Assembly: GCA_947623825.1 (NCBI GenBank)
Contig: CANQHQ010000001.1
Location: forward strand, 17,736 to 81,735
DNA length: 64,000 bases
Direction of reading: 5' to 3'
Source of the DNA: an uncultured Bacilli bacterium
GTDB lineage: Bacteria; Bacillota_I; Bacilli_A; RF39; UBA660
Part shown: one piece after another, positions 27,273 to 37,822 of the stretch
How positions within the stretch are numbered: the first letter of the stretch is position 1
Layout of the letters: each line of letters begins with the position of its first letter
The notes under the pieces: model-generated
Databases searched by the model: none
What the model saw: only the letters and a program-made list of their open reading frames with translations
Told to the model about the DNA's origin: nothing
Made by a program: the position numbers and the translations under genes

Positions 27273-28133
27273 CTATATTATTTCTAAGTGATTGATTCGA
27301 ATGATATACTTTTGATTCTTGATACAAAACTTCATAAAATCATATAAATTGACTTTTTTTAGTTTTGTTTCCATCGTATAGTTATCGATATCAAAAGCCA
27401 CCTTATCTCTCATCATATAATGTGTCATATCTTCTTTTTCACATCCAAGATACATCAACCAGTAAGGATAGATTTGTCTTTTGAGAAAGGTAAGACTTTT
27501 ATCACCATCTAAATAATTTGAATTTCCACTGATTCTCGTATAAAGTTCATTATGAATGGCTAACTCTAAAATTGCTTGAATGATTTCTTTATATGCGCCA
27601 TACTCTTTTTCGAAATCCTGAATTTCTGCCTGTACGATCGCATAGATGATGTTGGTCAATCCTAACATTTTATCTTCTAAATCTCGTTTGAAGCCCCACG
27701 CAATATTGGTTTTTACTTTACTACTCGTCAAACAAGTATCCATTCGGGGATGGAGAACTAAGATATTATAATTTTCTGTCATAGGGAATCGTAAGATTTC
27801 TTTTAAATCTTTCTCGATTTCTTTTTTGTTTTCATCCCAAGCGGACATCAACATGAGACGGTACTTCTCTACATCTTCTTTTAAGGAATCAAAGAGTTCC
27901 GATTCATGGACTAAATTGTAAAGGGTATCATCATTTGGAATAAAATTTTTTATATCACAAAGCATTTCTTCTTTGTCACTATTACAGGCATTATATTGTT
28001 TTTTATAGGTTACCCAAAGTTTTTGTTTAAACGTGTGTACTCGTTGAGAGATGGAGGCGCCATAAAGTAGATTCCAGGTGAGTACATAATCGTTTACTTG
28101 AAATTTTAATTTCATTCTGTCACCTTCCCTCAT
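27273..28133 (-). CDS. hypothetical protein (286 aa) between polC and dnaE
   Basis: ORF only. Confidence 0.4.
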   Translation of the reverse strand: MREGDRMKLKFQVNDYVLTWNLLYGASISQRVHTFKQKLWVTYKKQYNACNSDKEEMLCDIKNFIPNDDTLYNLVHESELFDSLKEDVEKYRLMLMSAWDENKKEIEKDLKEILRFPMTENYNILVLHPRMDTCLTSSKVKTNIAWGFKRDLEDKMLGLTNIIYAIVQAEIQDFEKEYGAYKEIIQAILELAIHNELYTRISGNSNYLDGDKSLTFLKRQIYPYWLMYLGCEKEDMTHYMMRDKVAFDIDNYTMETKLKKVNLYDFMKFCIKNQKYIIRINHLEII

Positions 28134-28205
28134 CTACTATAAATATACCACACTAATTTTTTTTTGGAAATAATTCCGATATTTTTTTCCTATTATTTTT
28201 TTCTA

Positions 28206-31160
28206 TTATTTTTTTGTATTCAAAATCGTAAGTTGGTCGACAACGATTTGAAACTTATCGTATCTTCTTTCTACTCTTCCGATAATCTTGACAATCATTC
28301 CTACTTGAAGAGAAAGCGTTTTGATTTGGTTATATTTTTGGGGGAAGAAAGTAAAGTCCATCGATTGATACTCGTCACTTCCGGTTAAAAACATCATCTC
28401 TTCTCCCTTTTTGGTAGCGATTACTTTCATTCGATCTATAAGGACAATGGTCGTTACTTTTTGATTGAAATATTCGTTTATGTGATTTAAAGAAATGGCT
28501 TCTTTCTCTTGGGCTTTCCAAGTAGAAACGGGATGATTACTTAGATAGAGACCAAAGAGTTCTTTTTCTTTTTGAATCAAGTATTCTTTTGGATATTCTT
28601 CCATGATTTCGATTTCTGGTTTTAAGACAAATTCTGGTTCTAAATCCTTGATTAAATCCGCATAGGTCATAATACTATCTAAGTTGTGAAATAACGTTTG
28701 ATGATTGTATCCAAAAAGGTCAAAACAACCCGCATCGATTAAAGATTCTACTACTTTACTATTCATGGCATCTTTGGTCCTAGCGAGAAAATCAAAGATA
28801 TCTTTGTACGGAGTCGTACGCTCCTTGACGATGGCAGAGACACTGACTGCGCCCACATTTTTAATGGCAGAAAGAGGATAACGAATGCCTTCTTCTTCGA
28901 CGGTATAGGTTTGAAAACTACGGTTGATACATGGTTTTAGAATGGAGATTCCCATAGACTTTAATTCGTTGATATATTCCTTTGTTTTCTCTTCACTACC
29001 AATGACCGAAGACAATAAATTACTGTAGAAATATTTTGGATAATAGTATTTTAGATAAGCCATTTTATAGGCGATGAGAGAATAAGCGACCGAATGGGAA
29101 CGATTAAATCCATAATTGGCAAAGTTGAGAATTAAATCAAAAATTTGTTTGGCGGTTTCTTGTTTATGACCTTTCGCTTTACTTCTTTCGATGAAACGTT
29201 CTTCTTCATTTTTTAATACGTCCATTTTCTTTTTACTCATCGCTCTACGTAAAATATCGGCTTCTCCTAAGGTGTATCCCGCATAAAGGGAAGCAATCTG
29301 CATGATTTGTTCCTGATAAATGATAATTCCTTTCGTACTTTTCAACACAGGCTCTAAAGATGGGTCCAAGTACGTGATTTCTTCTTGTCCTTTTTTACGG
29401 CGAATATACGAATCGATATTTACTGCTGGTCCAGGTCGGAATAAGGCAATGGCCGCAAAAATATCTTCGAAGGAAGATGGCTCCAAATTTCTTAAAAAGT
29501 TCTTCATACCGACACTTTCAAATTGAAAAATTCCTGTCGTATCGGCTTTGGCAAAAAGAGAAAGCACGTTTTGATCATTCAAAGGAATGGTTTGAAAATC
29601 GATTTCTTTCTGTTCTCCTTTTTTGATATCTTCGATGATATTCATAATTGTCGTTAACGTTTTTAATCCTAAAAAGTCCATTTTTAATAGACCCAACTCT
29701 TCCAAATACTCCATAGGAAAAGCCGTCAAATACATTTCATCACTTTTGATAAGAGGAACCACTTCCACCAAATCTTTTTGACACATGACAATTCCTGCGG
29801 CATGGGAAGAAGTATGTCTAGGGAACCCTTCGATGACCGTCGCAATTTTATAGAGAAGTTTTAATTTTTCATCCGATAAAATAATCTTTTTGAATTCACT
29901 ATCTTTCTCATAGAAATCTTTGAGTTTTTCTTTCGTAAAAGCCGGAATTCTTTTCGATAATTGATCGATTTGGTAGGTAGGAACATTGAGTACCCGTCCG
30001 ACATCTCGAATCGCTTGTTTGGCCGCTAGTGTACCAAATGTTACGATACCTGCTACTCTTTTTTCTCCATATTTTTCTTTGACGTATTCGATTACTTGAT
30101 CTCGATAAATATCTGGAAAATCTGTATCGATATCTGGCATACTAATTCGTTCTGGATTTAAGAAACGTTCAAAAAATAAATCGTATTGGATGGGGTCCAA
30201 ATCCGTAATTCCAATCGCATAACAAACGAGACTTCCTGCCCCACTTCCTCTTCCAGGTCCCACTAAAATTTTCTGTTTTTTGGCATATTTGATGAAGTCG
30301 TAGACAACTAAAAAATAATTAGAAAATCCCATTCTTTCAATGACACTTAATTCGTAGGATAACCGGTCCATATACTTTTGAGAAATTTGATTCTCTAGTC
30401 TTCGGGCCAATCCTTTTTTGGCTAAAGAAGTTAAATATTCGTGAGAAGTGGCATCACTCTTGGTATCAAAGATTGGCAGTAATAGGTCTGGTTTTTCCCA
30501 TTCTAAATGACATTTTTGGGCGAATTCGTTTGTCGCAAATAACCCTTCGTTACTCGAGTAATCATAGAGGTTATCTATCTCTAATTCTTTAGACAATAAA
30601 TCATAATCGACAGGGTTCGCAATCGTTTTTCCGTCACGAATCATGAAAAGATATTTTAGATAGGTACTTTCGTCCTTGGTCAAATATTCGGCTTTCCGGA
30701 CAAAAAGAACTTGCTTCGTCATCAATCTCGCTTCTTTTTCTTCTTCTTTGTTTTTATATCCAAGGTAAAGTTCCGAAATGGTGTCTTTTAATTTTTCATA
30801 CGTTTTCTCGTATTCCATTGGGACGATCATCATGGTTCCTTCGGCATACTTTTCCACCTCTTCTATCGTTACTTCTTTTTCACTTTGGATGGTGGAAAGA
30901 CGACATAAGTTTTGATACCCTCGATGATTTTTCGCATAGATTAAGAGAATTTCCTTTTCGATTGTGAGTTCTAGTCCAATGACAGGATGAATCTTTCTTG
31001 CTTGGCATTTTTTATAAAATTCCATTAAGCCAAATAGATTAGAATCCGTAATCGCAATCGATGAAATCTTTTTTTGCTCACAAAAAGATAGTAGTTTATC
31101 GATTTCGATTAAACTAGAAAGTAAAGAGTACGTGGTTTTGACATATAATGGAGTATACAA
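28206..31160 (-). CDS. dnaE: DNA polymerase III alpha subunit DnaE-type (984 aa)
   Basis: N-terminal PHP domain MYTPLYVKTTYSLLSS, PolIIIA core motifs (GPGRGSGAGSLVCYAIGITDLDP ... FERFLNPER) and a C-terminal OB-fold region. Confidence 0.85.
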   Translation of the reverse strand: MYTPLYVKTTYSLLSSLIEIDKLLSFCEQKKISSIAITDSNLFGLMEFYKKCQARKIHPVIGLELTIEKEILLIYAKNHRGYQNLCRLSTIQSEKEVTIEEVEKYAEGTMMIVPMEYEKTYEKLKDTISELYLGYKNKEEEKEARLMTKQVLFVRKAEYLTKDESTYLKYLFMIRDGKTIANPVDYDLLSKELEIDNLYDYSSNEGLFATNEFAQKCHLEWEKPDLLLPIFDTKSDATSHEYLTSLAKKGLARRLENQISQKYMDRLSYELSVIERMGFSNYFLVVYDFIKYAKKQKILVGPGRGSGAGSLVCYAIGITDLDPIQYDLFFERFLNPERISMPDIDTDFPDIYRDQVIEYVKEKYGEKRVAGIVTFGTLAAKQAIRDVGRVLNVPTYQIDQLSKRIPAFTKEKLKDFYEKDSEFKKIILSDEKLKLLYKIATVIEGFPRHTSSHAAGIVMCQKDLVEVVPLIKSDEMYLTAFPMEYLEELGLLKMDFLGLKTLTTIMNIIEDIKKGEQKEIDFQTIPLNDQNVLSLFAKADTTGIFQFESVGMKNFLRNLEPSSFEDIFAAIALFRPGPAVNIDSYIRRKKGQEEITYLDPSLEPVLKSTKGIIIYQEQIMQIASLYAGYTLGEADILRRAMSKKKMDVLKNEEERFIERSKAKGHKQETAKQIFDLILNFANYGFNRSHSVAYSLIAYKMAYLKYYYPKYFYSNLLSSVIGSEEKTKEYINELKSMGISILKPCINRSFQTYTVEEEGIRYPLSAIKNVGAVSVSAIVKERTTPYKDIFDFLARTKDAMNSKVVESLIDAGCFDLFGYNHQTLFHNLDSIMTYADLIKDLEPEFVLKPEIEIMEEYPKEYLIQKEKELFGLYLSNHPVSTWKAQEKEAISLNHINEYFNQKVTTIVLIDRMKVIATKKGEEMMFLTGSDEYQSMDFTFFPQKYNQIKTLSLQVGMIVKIIGRVERRYDKFQIVVDQLTILNTKK

Positions 31161-31259
31161 AAGACCTCATCCTTTCTTTTTATTAATATTCTACCACAAT
31201 CCATTTACTTCCACACAGTTTTATGTTATAATATTCGAGGTTTTTTTGGAGGTGAACTG

Positions 31260-32063
31260 ATGAGTAGTGAAAAAAAGAATTCTTTTCTTTCGATTGCGTC
31301 TTTACAAACAAAAGATACTTTTTTTGAAACAGTAGATGGAAATTCTTTTCTTCCTACTTGTCATGGACACCGTATCTTTGTCAAAGGGTTTAATATTCGG
31401 GAATTGATTGGAGAAGAATTGGCGAATTTTATGGAACGCCCTTCGGCCCGATATTTTTTAGTGGAAAAGGATGGCGTTCTTCAATTGGCTTCTCTTCCCT
31501 TTCTTTCGGAATCGCAACAGATTGTCTATCCGGGAGATTTATTGGAAGATTATGAAGATGCGGTCAAAGGAAGTACACCGTTTGATGATTCGTTTCGTCT
31601 CGGGGATGCGATTCCTTTCTTTTTAAACTGTTGTCATACGGAAGAAGCGAAGGATATTTTCTTGACGAATTTGTTTCAAACTTTTGCGATTGATACTTAT
31701 ATGCGTCAAGAAGATCGTTGTAATTGTAACTGTATGATGTACGAATGTGACGAAGGATTATTTTGGGCTCCTATGTACGATTATGAGGCTTCTTTTTATA
31801 CTTTTGATGAGGAAGAAGAAGTCTTTGATTATTTCAATTATGACAATCCTTTTTTTAGTCTTACATTAGAGGATTATCGCCTTTTTTTAGAACGATATCC
31901 TATCTTTCGGTCCTATCTTCAACGGGTGCAGGAGGTTTCCTTATCACATATTCTAACGATTATTAAAGAACGATTTGCCTTTTCTTACTCTAAAGAATTC
32001 ATCGACTATTGGTCTCGTCAAGAAGAAGCTAGTCAGAAAATCCTATCTAGAATTTTGAAGTAA
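31260..32063 (+). CDS. hypothetical protein (267 aa)
   Basis: ORF only. Confidence 0.4.
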   Translation: MSSEKKNSFLSIASLQTKDTFFETVDGNSFLPTCHGHRIFVKGFNIRELIGEELANFMERPSARYFLVEKDGVLQLASLPFLSESQQIVYPGDLLEDYEDAVKGSTPFDDSFRLGDAIPFFLNCCHTEEAKDIFLTNLFQTFAIDTYMRQEDRCNCNCMMYECDEGLFWAPMYDYEASFYTFDEEEEVFDYFNYDNPFFSLTLEDYRLFLERYPIFRSYLQRVQEVSLSHILTIIKERFAFSYSKEFIDYWSRQEEASQKILSRILK

Positions 32064-32170
32064 GGATTCGTGAAAACAAGGAATTTTCATAGGAAATGAT
32101 TTGACAATCTTAGGAAACTATGATAAAGTTATAAGCGCAAGTGAATTATGTATCAAAAGGAGGAATGGAG

Positions 32171-32380
32171 ATGCCAGTAAAAGTTAGTAGTAAAAAACCT
32201 TTATTTGGGAATAAACGTTCTCATGCATTAAATGCTACACGTAAAAAACAAGGTGTGAATCTTCAAGTAGTTACTTTGGAAGACGGAACGAAAGTTCGAT
32301 TGAGTGCGAGAGAAATTCGAACTTCTAGAAAGAACGAAAAAATTCGTGTTGAAGATGTTCCTGCTTCAGTAAGCGAGTAA
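32171..32380 (+). CDS. rpmB: 50S ribosomal protein L28
   Basis: GNKRSHALNATRKKQGVNLQVVTLEDGTKVRLSAREIRTS matches the L28 consensus. The true start is MPVKV (ATG at 32171), 7 nt after AAAGGAGG. The track start at 32141 lacks an RBS. Confidence 0.85.
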   Translation: MPVKVSSKKPLFGNKRSHALNATRKKQGVNLQVVTLEDGTKVRLSAREIRTSRKNEKIRVEDVPASVSE

Positions 32381-32405
32381 TGCTTACTTTTTTTATGGAT
32401 TAAAA

Positions 32406-32440
32406 AAGAAACTTCATTCTACTGATGAGTTTCTTTTTTC
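32406..32440. terminator. bidirectional terminator between rpmB (+) and rpe (-)
   Basis: AAGAAACT ...14 nt... AGTTTCTT with A/T runs on both flanks. Confidence 0.55.
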
Positions 32441-32463
32441 TTTTTCTCTTTGGTCTACTTTTT

Positions 32464-33384
32464 CTATCTTTCCTTTTTCGATTTGGGTTCTTTTTTTCCA
32501 TCTTTTTTTTCTTTTTTTTCCATCTTTTCTTTTTCTATCTTTGTATTCTTGTATTCTGTTTTTTCGGTTTTCTTTTTTTCTATCTTTGTATTCTGTTTTT
32601 CGATGTTCTCTGGTTTTTCGTCTTTAAATGGTTCTTTCGAAGAGAAGTTTCTTCCTTTTTTCTTTTCCTTTGTCGTCGTTTTTTTCTCTTTGGTTGGTTT
32701 CTCTTTTTTCTTCTCTTCTTTTCTTTCTTTTGGTTCCGGTTTTTCCTTCTCAAACCCTTTTCTTAGAAGATCAATTTGTTTTTGAAAATTCTCTTCTTTG
32801 GTAATAAAACTTCCTGATACGATGATATCTGCCTCTCGTACTTTTTGAATGGTTTCTTGATTGATCCCACAATCTACGGTAATCGTAATATCCTTTTTTC
32901 TCTTTTTGATTTCCGCCTTTAATTTTTTAATTTTCTCTTCCGTTTCTGGTAAAAAAGGTTGTCCTCCGTAACCAGGTTCGGCCGCCATAATGAGGATAGA
33001 ATCAATTTGATTAAAATAAGGATATACTTTTTCTAATTCGGTTTTGGGATTGATGGCTAAGCCACACTGAATTCCATAGTTTCGGATGAGTTGTAGGTTC
33101 TTTTCTAAGTCTTTCTCTACTTCGATATGAATGGTAATTCGTTCTGTATTCATGGTAGAAAAGGCTTTAATATATTTTTTTGGTTTTTGAACCATTAAGT
33201 GAACATCCAGTCTTTTCGATGTATATTTATATATTTTTTTTAAGATTCGAAAGGGGATTTTTCTTCCCTTCACAAACTTTCCATCGACGACATCGACGTG
33301 AAGGAGTTCGACATCCGTCTGAGACAATCTTTCGATTCCTTCCACGATTTTTCGACAAGATAAGAATGATGCTGCAATTTTCAT
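32464..33384 (-). CDS. rpe: ribulose-phosphate 3-epimerase with a lysine/glutamate-rich, internally repetitive C-terminal extension of about 100 aa
   Basis: The N-terminal 205 aa are typical of Rpe (DGKFV..., C-terminal ADIIVSGSFI). The tail is KEKPEPKERKEEKKKEKPTKEKK...KNTKIEKKKTEKTEYKNTKIEKEKMEKKEKK. The DNA shows a tandem repeat TCTATCTTTGTATTCT occurring twice. Confidence 0.85.
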   Translation of the reverse strand: MKIAASFLSCRKIVEGIERLSQTDVELLHVDVVDGKFVKGRKIPFRILKKIYKYTSKRLDVHLMVQKPKKYIKAFSTMNTERITIHIEVEKDLEKNLQLIRNYGIQCGLAINPKTELEKVYPYFNQIDSILIMAAEPGYGGQPFLPETEEKIKKLKAEIKKRKKDITITVDCGINQETIQKVREADIIVSGSFITKEENFQKQIDLLRKGFEKEKPEPKERKEEKKKEKPTKEKKTTTKEKKKGRNFSSKEPFKDEKPENIEKQNTKIEKKKTEKTEYKNTKIEKEKMEKKEKKDGKKEPKSKKER

Positions 33385-33393
33385 AGATTCCTC

Positions 33394-34389
33394 CTATTCC
33401 CCTGTAAAGACAATTTTTAATGGATTGGCTTTCGAATTACTGATATTTCCACAAACCCATTCTTCTTGTGGTTCGATTTCTCTTCGACCTTTTTCTTGTT
33501 GGATATAATAATTCGAAATTCCGTCTGCTTTTTTGAGACAAAATTTAAAATGACTATAAGGTTCTACTTCGTAATACTTGCTTAATTTTGTCTCTTTGTC
33601 CGTTTCTTCATAGTCAAACGCATCGATTACTTGAAGTGGTGTATCATTAAAATAGTAGATTTTTAGGTTCTTTTCTATCTCGCTTTCTCTTCTTTCGTAT
33701 TCTCGGTCGTATTTTTGGGTAGTCAAGTTTTCGTGAAAAGTAAGAAATTCATGGTAGTAAGTTACCTTTTCTGCGTTATATGGATAGTACTCTCTCGGGG
33801 AAGTGAGACTCACTTCTTTCTTCATTGTTTCTATTTTATCTTCCTCTGTTTGAATTAAATAAATCCCATCATATTCTAAGTCTGGAAAAGATACTTCTTT
33901 TGGAATCTCTTGGGTATAAAATGCTTGAATTTCTAGTTCGTAGTTTTCGTTTTCGAAAATTTCTAAACCGTTTTCTTCAGTCACTTTTTCATGAATGAAG
34001 TAAGATTCTTTCCCATCCGTGCGATTTTTTCCATAATCGATTTGATATTGGGCTGCTTTTTGTCCCACTTGCTTTTCTATATAGGATTCGATTTGACTCT
34101 TGATTTCTTCTTTTTGATAATCGTCATATCCGATAGTTTCTGCCTTTTTGCGTCCGGAAATGTAAACGGTAAATTCTTTTTCTTCCGTTTGAAGTCTCAC
34201 ATAATAATAGGAAGAAGAACATTCTGCCTCCTCACATTCGCTTTCGACAGAACGTACCGTCGGATTCGTTATTCCATATTTTTCTTCGATATAATCCAAA
34301 GCGCGTTTTTTCGCAATGGTTTCTTCTTTTTCAAAGGAGCATCCTGTTAAAAGCAAGAGGATGCATCCTAATATGAGTCCTTTTTTCAT
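33394..34389 (-). CDS. hypothetical lipoprotein (lipobox LLTGC)
   Basis: Signal peptide MKKGLILGCILLLLTGCSF. Confidence 0.55.
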   Translation of the reverse strand: MKKGLILGCILLLLTGCSFEKEETIAKKRALDYIEEKYGITNPTVRSVESECEEAECSSSYYYVRLQTEEKEFTVYISGRKKAETIGYDDYQKEEIKSQIESYIEKQVGQKAAQYQIDYGKNRTDGKESYFIHEKVTEENGLEIFENENYELEIQAFYTQEIPKEVSFPDLEYDGIYLIQTEEDKIETMKKEVSLTSPREYYPYNAEKVTYYHEFLTFHENLTTQKYDREYERRESEIEKNLKIYYFNDTPLQVIDAFDYEETDKETKLSKYYEVEPYSHFKFCLKKADGISNYYIQQEKGRREIEPQEEWVCGNISNSKANPLKIVFTGE

Positions 34390-35225
34390 TATTTTTCCCC
34401 CTGATTACGAATGAATTTGAGATAATTTTCGTACCTCGATAAAAGGATGGTTCCGTCTTCCACCTTTTTTTTCACTTCACATTCTGTTTCATTCTGATGC
34501 ATACAGTCTTTAAATGGACAAGGATAACGGAAGAATTCTACAAACGTATCGCGGATTTCTTCTTTGGTCATTTCTTGAAAATCGAGAGAGGAAAATCCTG
34601 GCGTATCTAGTACTTTTCCTCCATAAATTTCCATTAGTTCGACATGTCGTGTCGTATGTTTTCCTCTACCTAATGCTTCCGAAATTTCTCCTGTCTCTAA
34701 TTTTAAATTGGCGTCCAATCGATTCATTAAAGAAGATTTTCCCGCTCCTGTCTGCCCTGTAAAAACGGTCGTTTTTCCTTTTAGTAATTTTTTTATCTTC
34801 TCTATTTCTGTATTTTTTACTACTACATATCCGATGGATTCATAATACTTGATTATTTTTTCCATTTCCTTTTCTTCTTCTTTATTCAATAAATCCCACT
34901 TTGAGAAACAAAGAATAGGCTCTATCCTATGAAATTCAAGAGTCGTAATCAATTTATCCAGTAAATTAGAAGAGTAATCGGGATGTTTCACAGAAGTTAC
35001 AATCAATCCTTGATCGATATTACTGACCATCGGTCTTTTTAAAGAATTCTTTCTCGGTAAAATTTCTAGAATGTACTGTTCTTTTTCATCGAATTTTACG
35101 TAATCACCAACAAGGGGAGTAATGTTGTCTTTTCGAAATTTTCCTCTCGAATGACAATCATATCTCCCCTTTTCGTTCGCAACTGTATATAAATTACTTA
35201 TAATCTTTACAATTTGTCCTTCCAT
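34389..35225 (-). CDS. rsgA: ribosome small-subunit-dependent GTPase A (YjeQ/EngC/CpgA)
   Basis: Circularly permuted GTPase with Walker A after the G4 motif (VFTGQTGAGKSSLMNRL), a C-terminal Zn finger (CPFKDCMHQNETEC), and the conserved position after prkC. Confidence 0.85.
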   Translation of the reverse strand: MEGQIVKIISNLYTVANEKGRYDCHSRGKFRKDNITPLVGDYVKFDEKEQYILEILPRKNSLKRPMVSNIDQGLIVTSVKHPDYSSNLLDKLITTLEFHRIEPILCFSKWDLLNKEEEKEMEKIIKYYESIGYVVVKNTEIEKIKKLLKGKTTVFTGQTGAGKSSLMNRLDANLKLETGEISEALGRGKHTTRHVELMEIYGGKVLDTPGFSSLDFQEMTKEEIRDTFVEFFRYPCPFKDCMHQNETECEVKKKVEDGTILLSRYENYLKFIRNQGEK

Positions 35226-35240
35226 ACGTTTCCCTCTTTT

Positions 35241-37079
35241 TTATTCATCTTCTTCGGAAGGCGAAGAGGATGGTGATGGTGAAGGAGATGGTGAAGGGGT
35301 TGGCGTCGTTACTGGCTTTTGCGCAAAAGTCACTTTGAGTGTAGCCCCTCGATAAATATCATCCTCTGGTGTTCTCGATTGAGAAATCAAGGTTCCTTCT
35401 GGGAATTGGTTGGTTGGTAAGTATTCGATAATTAAAGTTACACCATATTTATCACAGAAGGCTTTGACATCATCCAACGTCCATTCTTCTTTTACCATAT
35501 CTGGATATTTATTATCAATATTTGGAATATAAAGCGTAATGGAATCTCCTTTTAGTAGTTCCGTTCCTGCTTCGACATCTTGACCAATAATCTCTTGAGA
35601 AGAAATCTCTTCGGTCGTCTCGATATCTTTCTTTTCAATCTTGACTTCTAATCCATATAACTTTTCTAGTTCCGTTTTTACTTCTAAGTAATTCTTTCCT
35701 GTATAATCTTCTACAACATGAGTCGGAATTCCAGTCGATTCATATAACGTAATGGTCGTTCCTTTCTTAACAGTCCGTCCAGCGCTCGGTGAAGTTTTAA
35801 TGACATCCCCTTTTTCTACCGTACTGCTTTCTTCTTTCACTGTCTCTATCGCTACTTCAAATCCACTTTCTTTTAGTTTCTTTTCGGCATCGATAATCGT
35901 TAAATTAGAAACATCGGGTACAAGGACATCTGGTGTTTTATTAAAGTAAGGAATGATCAGGAAGATACTAGCGACGGTAATGACCGCAATGACAAAGACT
36001 CCGGTAAGAATCCAAATAACAATATTGGTTCCCTTGACGATTTTATCATCTTCGTCATAGAACTCTTCTTGTTCTTCTTTGTTTTCTGCATTTTCTTCGC
36101 CTTCTTCTTCCTCTTCTTTTTCTTTCTTCTTTTCTTCTTTCTTCGGCTCTTTTATTTTTTCTTCTGTTTTCTTTTTTACTGTCGTAATACTCTTCGTACT
36201 ATCATCAACTTCATGTTCCGGATATTTAAACTCGATTCGCTTCTCGTCGACTCTTTCATCGCTTAATACCGTTAATAAATCGGCATGCATTTCTTTGGCA
36301 TCGGCATAACGGTTTTTCGGGTTTTTCGCCGTCGCTTTTAGAACGACATTTTCTACACTTTGGGGAATTGCTGGATTCTTTTTGCGAATACTTGGAATGT
36401 CATCTCGCATTTGTTTTAAGGCAATTTCTACAGCATTGTCTCCTTTAAAAGGAAGACTTCCGGTCAATAGTTCATAGAATAAGATTCCCATCGAATAGAT
36501 ATCACTACGAATCGTAGAACCTTTTCCACTCGCTTGTTCAGGTGGAAGATAATGAACCGAACCCATTACGGAATTGGTTTGGGTCAACTGAGTACTATTT
36601 AAAGCCATCGCAATTCCGAAGTCTGTAATTTTGATGGTTCCATCTTCTTTAATTAAAATATTTTGTGGTTTTAAATCGCGGTGAATAATATAACTATCAT
36701 GGGCATGCGAAATTCCATCCGTTAATTGAAGCATAATATCAATGGCTTCACTGAGCGTAATACTTCCTCTTTTTTTGATTAATTGTTTTAATGTTTTTCC
36801 CTCAATATACTCCATGACAATATAGTAGATTCCATTATCTTCTCCTACGTCGTACATTTCTACAATATTGGGATGAGAAAGACTAGACGCAGAAAGTGCT
36901 TCTCTTTGGAATCTTCTTACAAATTTTTCATCATTGGATAAATCTCCGCGAAGTACTTTAATCGCAACGCGGCGATCTAAAATGGTGTCGTAGGCAAGAT
37001 AAACATTGGCCATACCACCTTCACCAATACTTTTAATGATTTCGTAACGATCATTAATTTTTTGCCCCTTTTCTATCAT
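35241..37079 (-). CDS. prkC: Ser/Thr protein kinase with a TM helix and extracellular PASTA-type repeats
   Basis: Hanks kinase motifs (HRDLKPQNILI, DFGIA), a TM segment, C-terminal PASTA-like repeats, low-complexity K/E and TPSPSPS stretches. It overlaps stp by 4 nt. Confidence 0.85.
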   Translation of the reverse strand: MIEKGQKINDRYEIIKSIGEGGMANVYLAYDTILDRRVAIKVLRGDLSNDEKFVRRFQREALSASSLSHPNIVEMYDVGEDNGIYYIVMEYIEGKTLKQLIKKRGSITLSEAIDIMLQLTDGISHAHDSYIIHRDLKPQNILIKEDGTIKITDFGIAMALNSTQLTQTNSVMGSVHYLPPEQASGKGSTIRSDIYSMGILFYELLTGSLPFKGDNAVEIALKQMRDDIPSIRKKNPAIPQSVENVVLKATAKNPKNRYADAKEMHADLLTVLSDERVDEKRIEFKYPEHEVDDSTKSITTVKKKTEEKIKEPKKEEKKKEKEEEEEGEENAENKEEQEEFYDEDDKIVKGTNIVIWILTGVFVIAVITVASIFLIIPYFNKTPDVLVPDVSNLTIIDAEKKLKESGFEVAIETVKEESSTVEKGDVIKTSPSAGRTVKKGTTITLYESTGIPTHVVEDYTGKNYLEVKTELEKLYGLEVKIEKKDIETTEEISSQEIIGQDVEAGTELLKGDSITLYIPNIDNKYPDMVKEEWTLDDVKAFCDKYGVTLIIEYLPTNQFPEGTLISQSRTPEDDIYRGATLKVTFAQKPVTTPTPSPSPSPSPSSSPSEEDE

Positions 37080-37822
37080 TCTTTTTCACCCTCTTTATCC
37101 CTAACCAAATAGGCGATAGAAATATTATCTAATCCTCCACGATTGTTTGCTTTCATTACTAATTTATTTACTTTGTCTTCAATGACATCTTCACTCAATA
37201 AGACTTTTTGAATTTGACTTTCTTCTAACATATTGGTTAGTCCATCACTACACAAAAAGATTTCACTGACACTTTGATCACAATCGAAAATATCAATATC
37301 GATTGGATTGGTCGCACCTAGTGCTTTCATCAACACGTTTTTCTTTGGATGATTCTTCGCTTCTTCTTTGGTTAATTCTCCTGCCGTCACTAATAAGTTT
37401 ACCAAAGTATGATCATAAGTTACTTTATGAAGTTTTCCATCTTTCATTACAAATCCGCTAGAATCGCCAATATTTCCAAAAAGAACATACTCTTTCGTAT
37501 TGATGGCAACTACTAAAGTGGAACCCATTCCTTTACTTTCTGGATGATCGGCAGCATAACTATAAATCATTCGATTGATTTCCGTAGCGGCTTGTCGAAG
37601 CCACTCGATGGCTTCTTCTTTGGTTTTATCGAGAAACGTTTCTTGAAAGTGCTTTCCTAAATAGCTAATGGCAATAGAGGAAGCGACTTCTCCTGCCGAA
37701 TGACCGCCCATTCCATCGGCGACGGCCAAAAGATAATCATTCTTTTTATTTCTTACTATGATAACACTATCTTCGTTATGATCTCTTACTTTTCCTGTAT
37801 CAGTTGTGCAAAATGATTCCAT
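37076..37822 (-). CDS. prpC: PP2C-family Ser/Thr phosphatase
   Basis: PP2C metal-binding motifs ADGMGGH and DGLTN. Conserved position between rlmN and prkC. Confidence 0.85.
   Translation of the reverse strand: MESFCTTDTGKVRDHNEDSVIIVRNKKNDYLLAVADGMGGHSAGEVASSIAISYLGKHFQETFLDKTKEEAIEWLRQAATEINRMIYSYAADHPESKGMGSTLVVAINTKEYVLFGNIGDSSGFVMKDGKLHKVTYDHTLVNLLVTAGELTKEEAKNHPKKNVLMKALGATNPIDIDIFDCDQSVSEIFLCSDGLTNMLEESQIQKVLLSEDVIEDKVNKLVMKANNRGGLDNISIAYLVRDKEGEKE

Noticed and set aside
32141-32170. The longer N-terminal start of the L28 ORF given by the track
   Set aside because: No RBS. The AGGAGG is placed for the internal ATG at 32171, which matches L28 homolog N-termini.
32425-32785. Plus-strand ORFs encoding poly-Phe/Leu/Ser peptides
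   Set aside because: They mirror the T-rich complement of the Lys/Glu-rich rpe tail on the minus strand. They are not independent genes and not a CRISPR array, because the repeats are imperfect and coding.
36069-36309. Plus-strand ORFs in the prkC low-complexity region
   Set aside because: Complement of the K/E-rich linker coding sequence of prkC.
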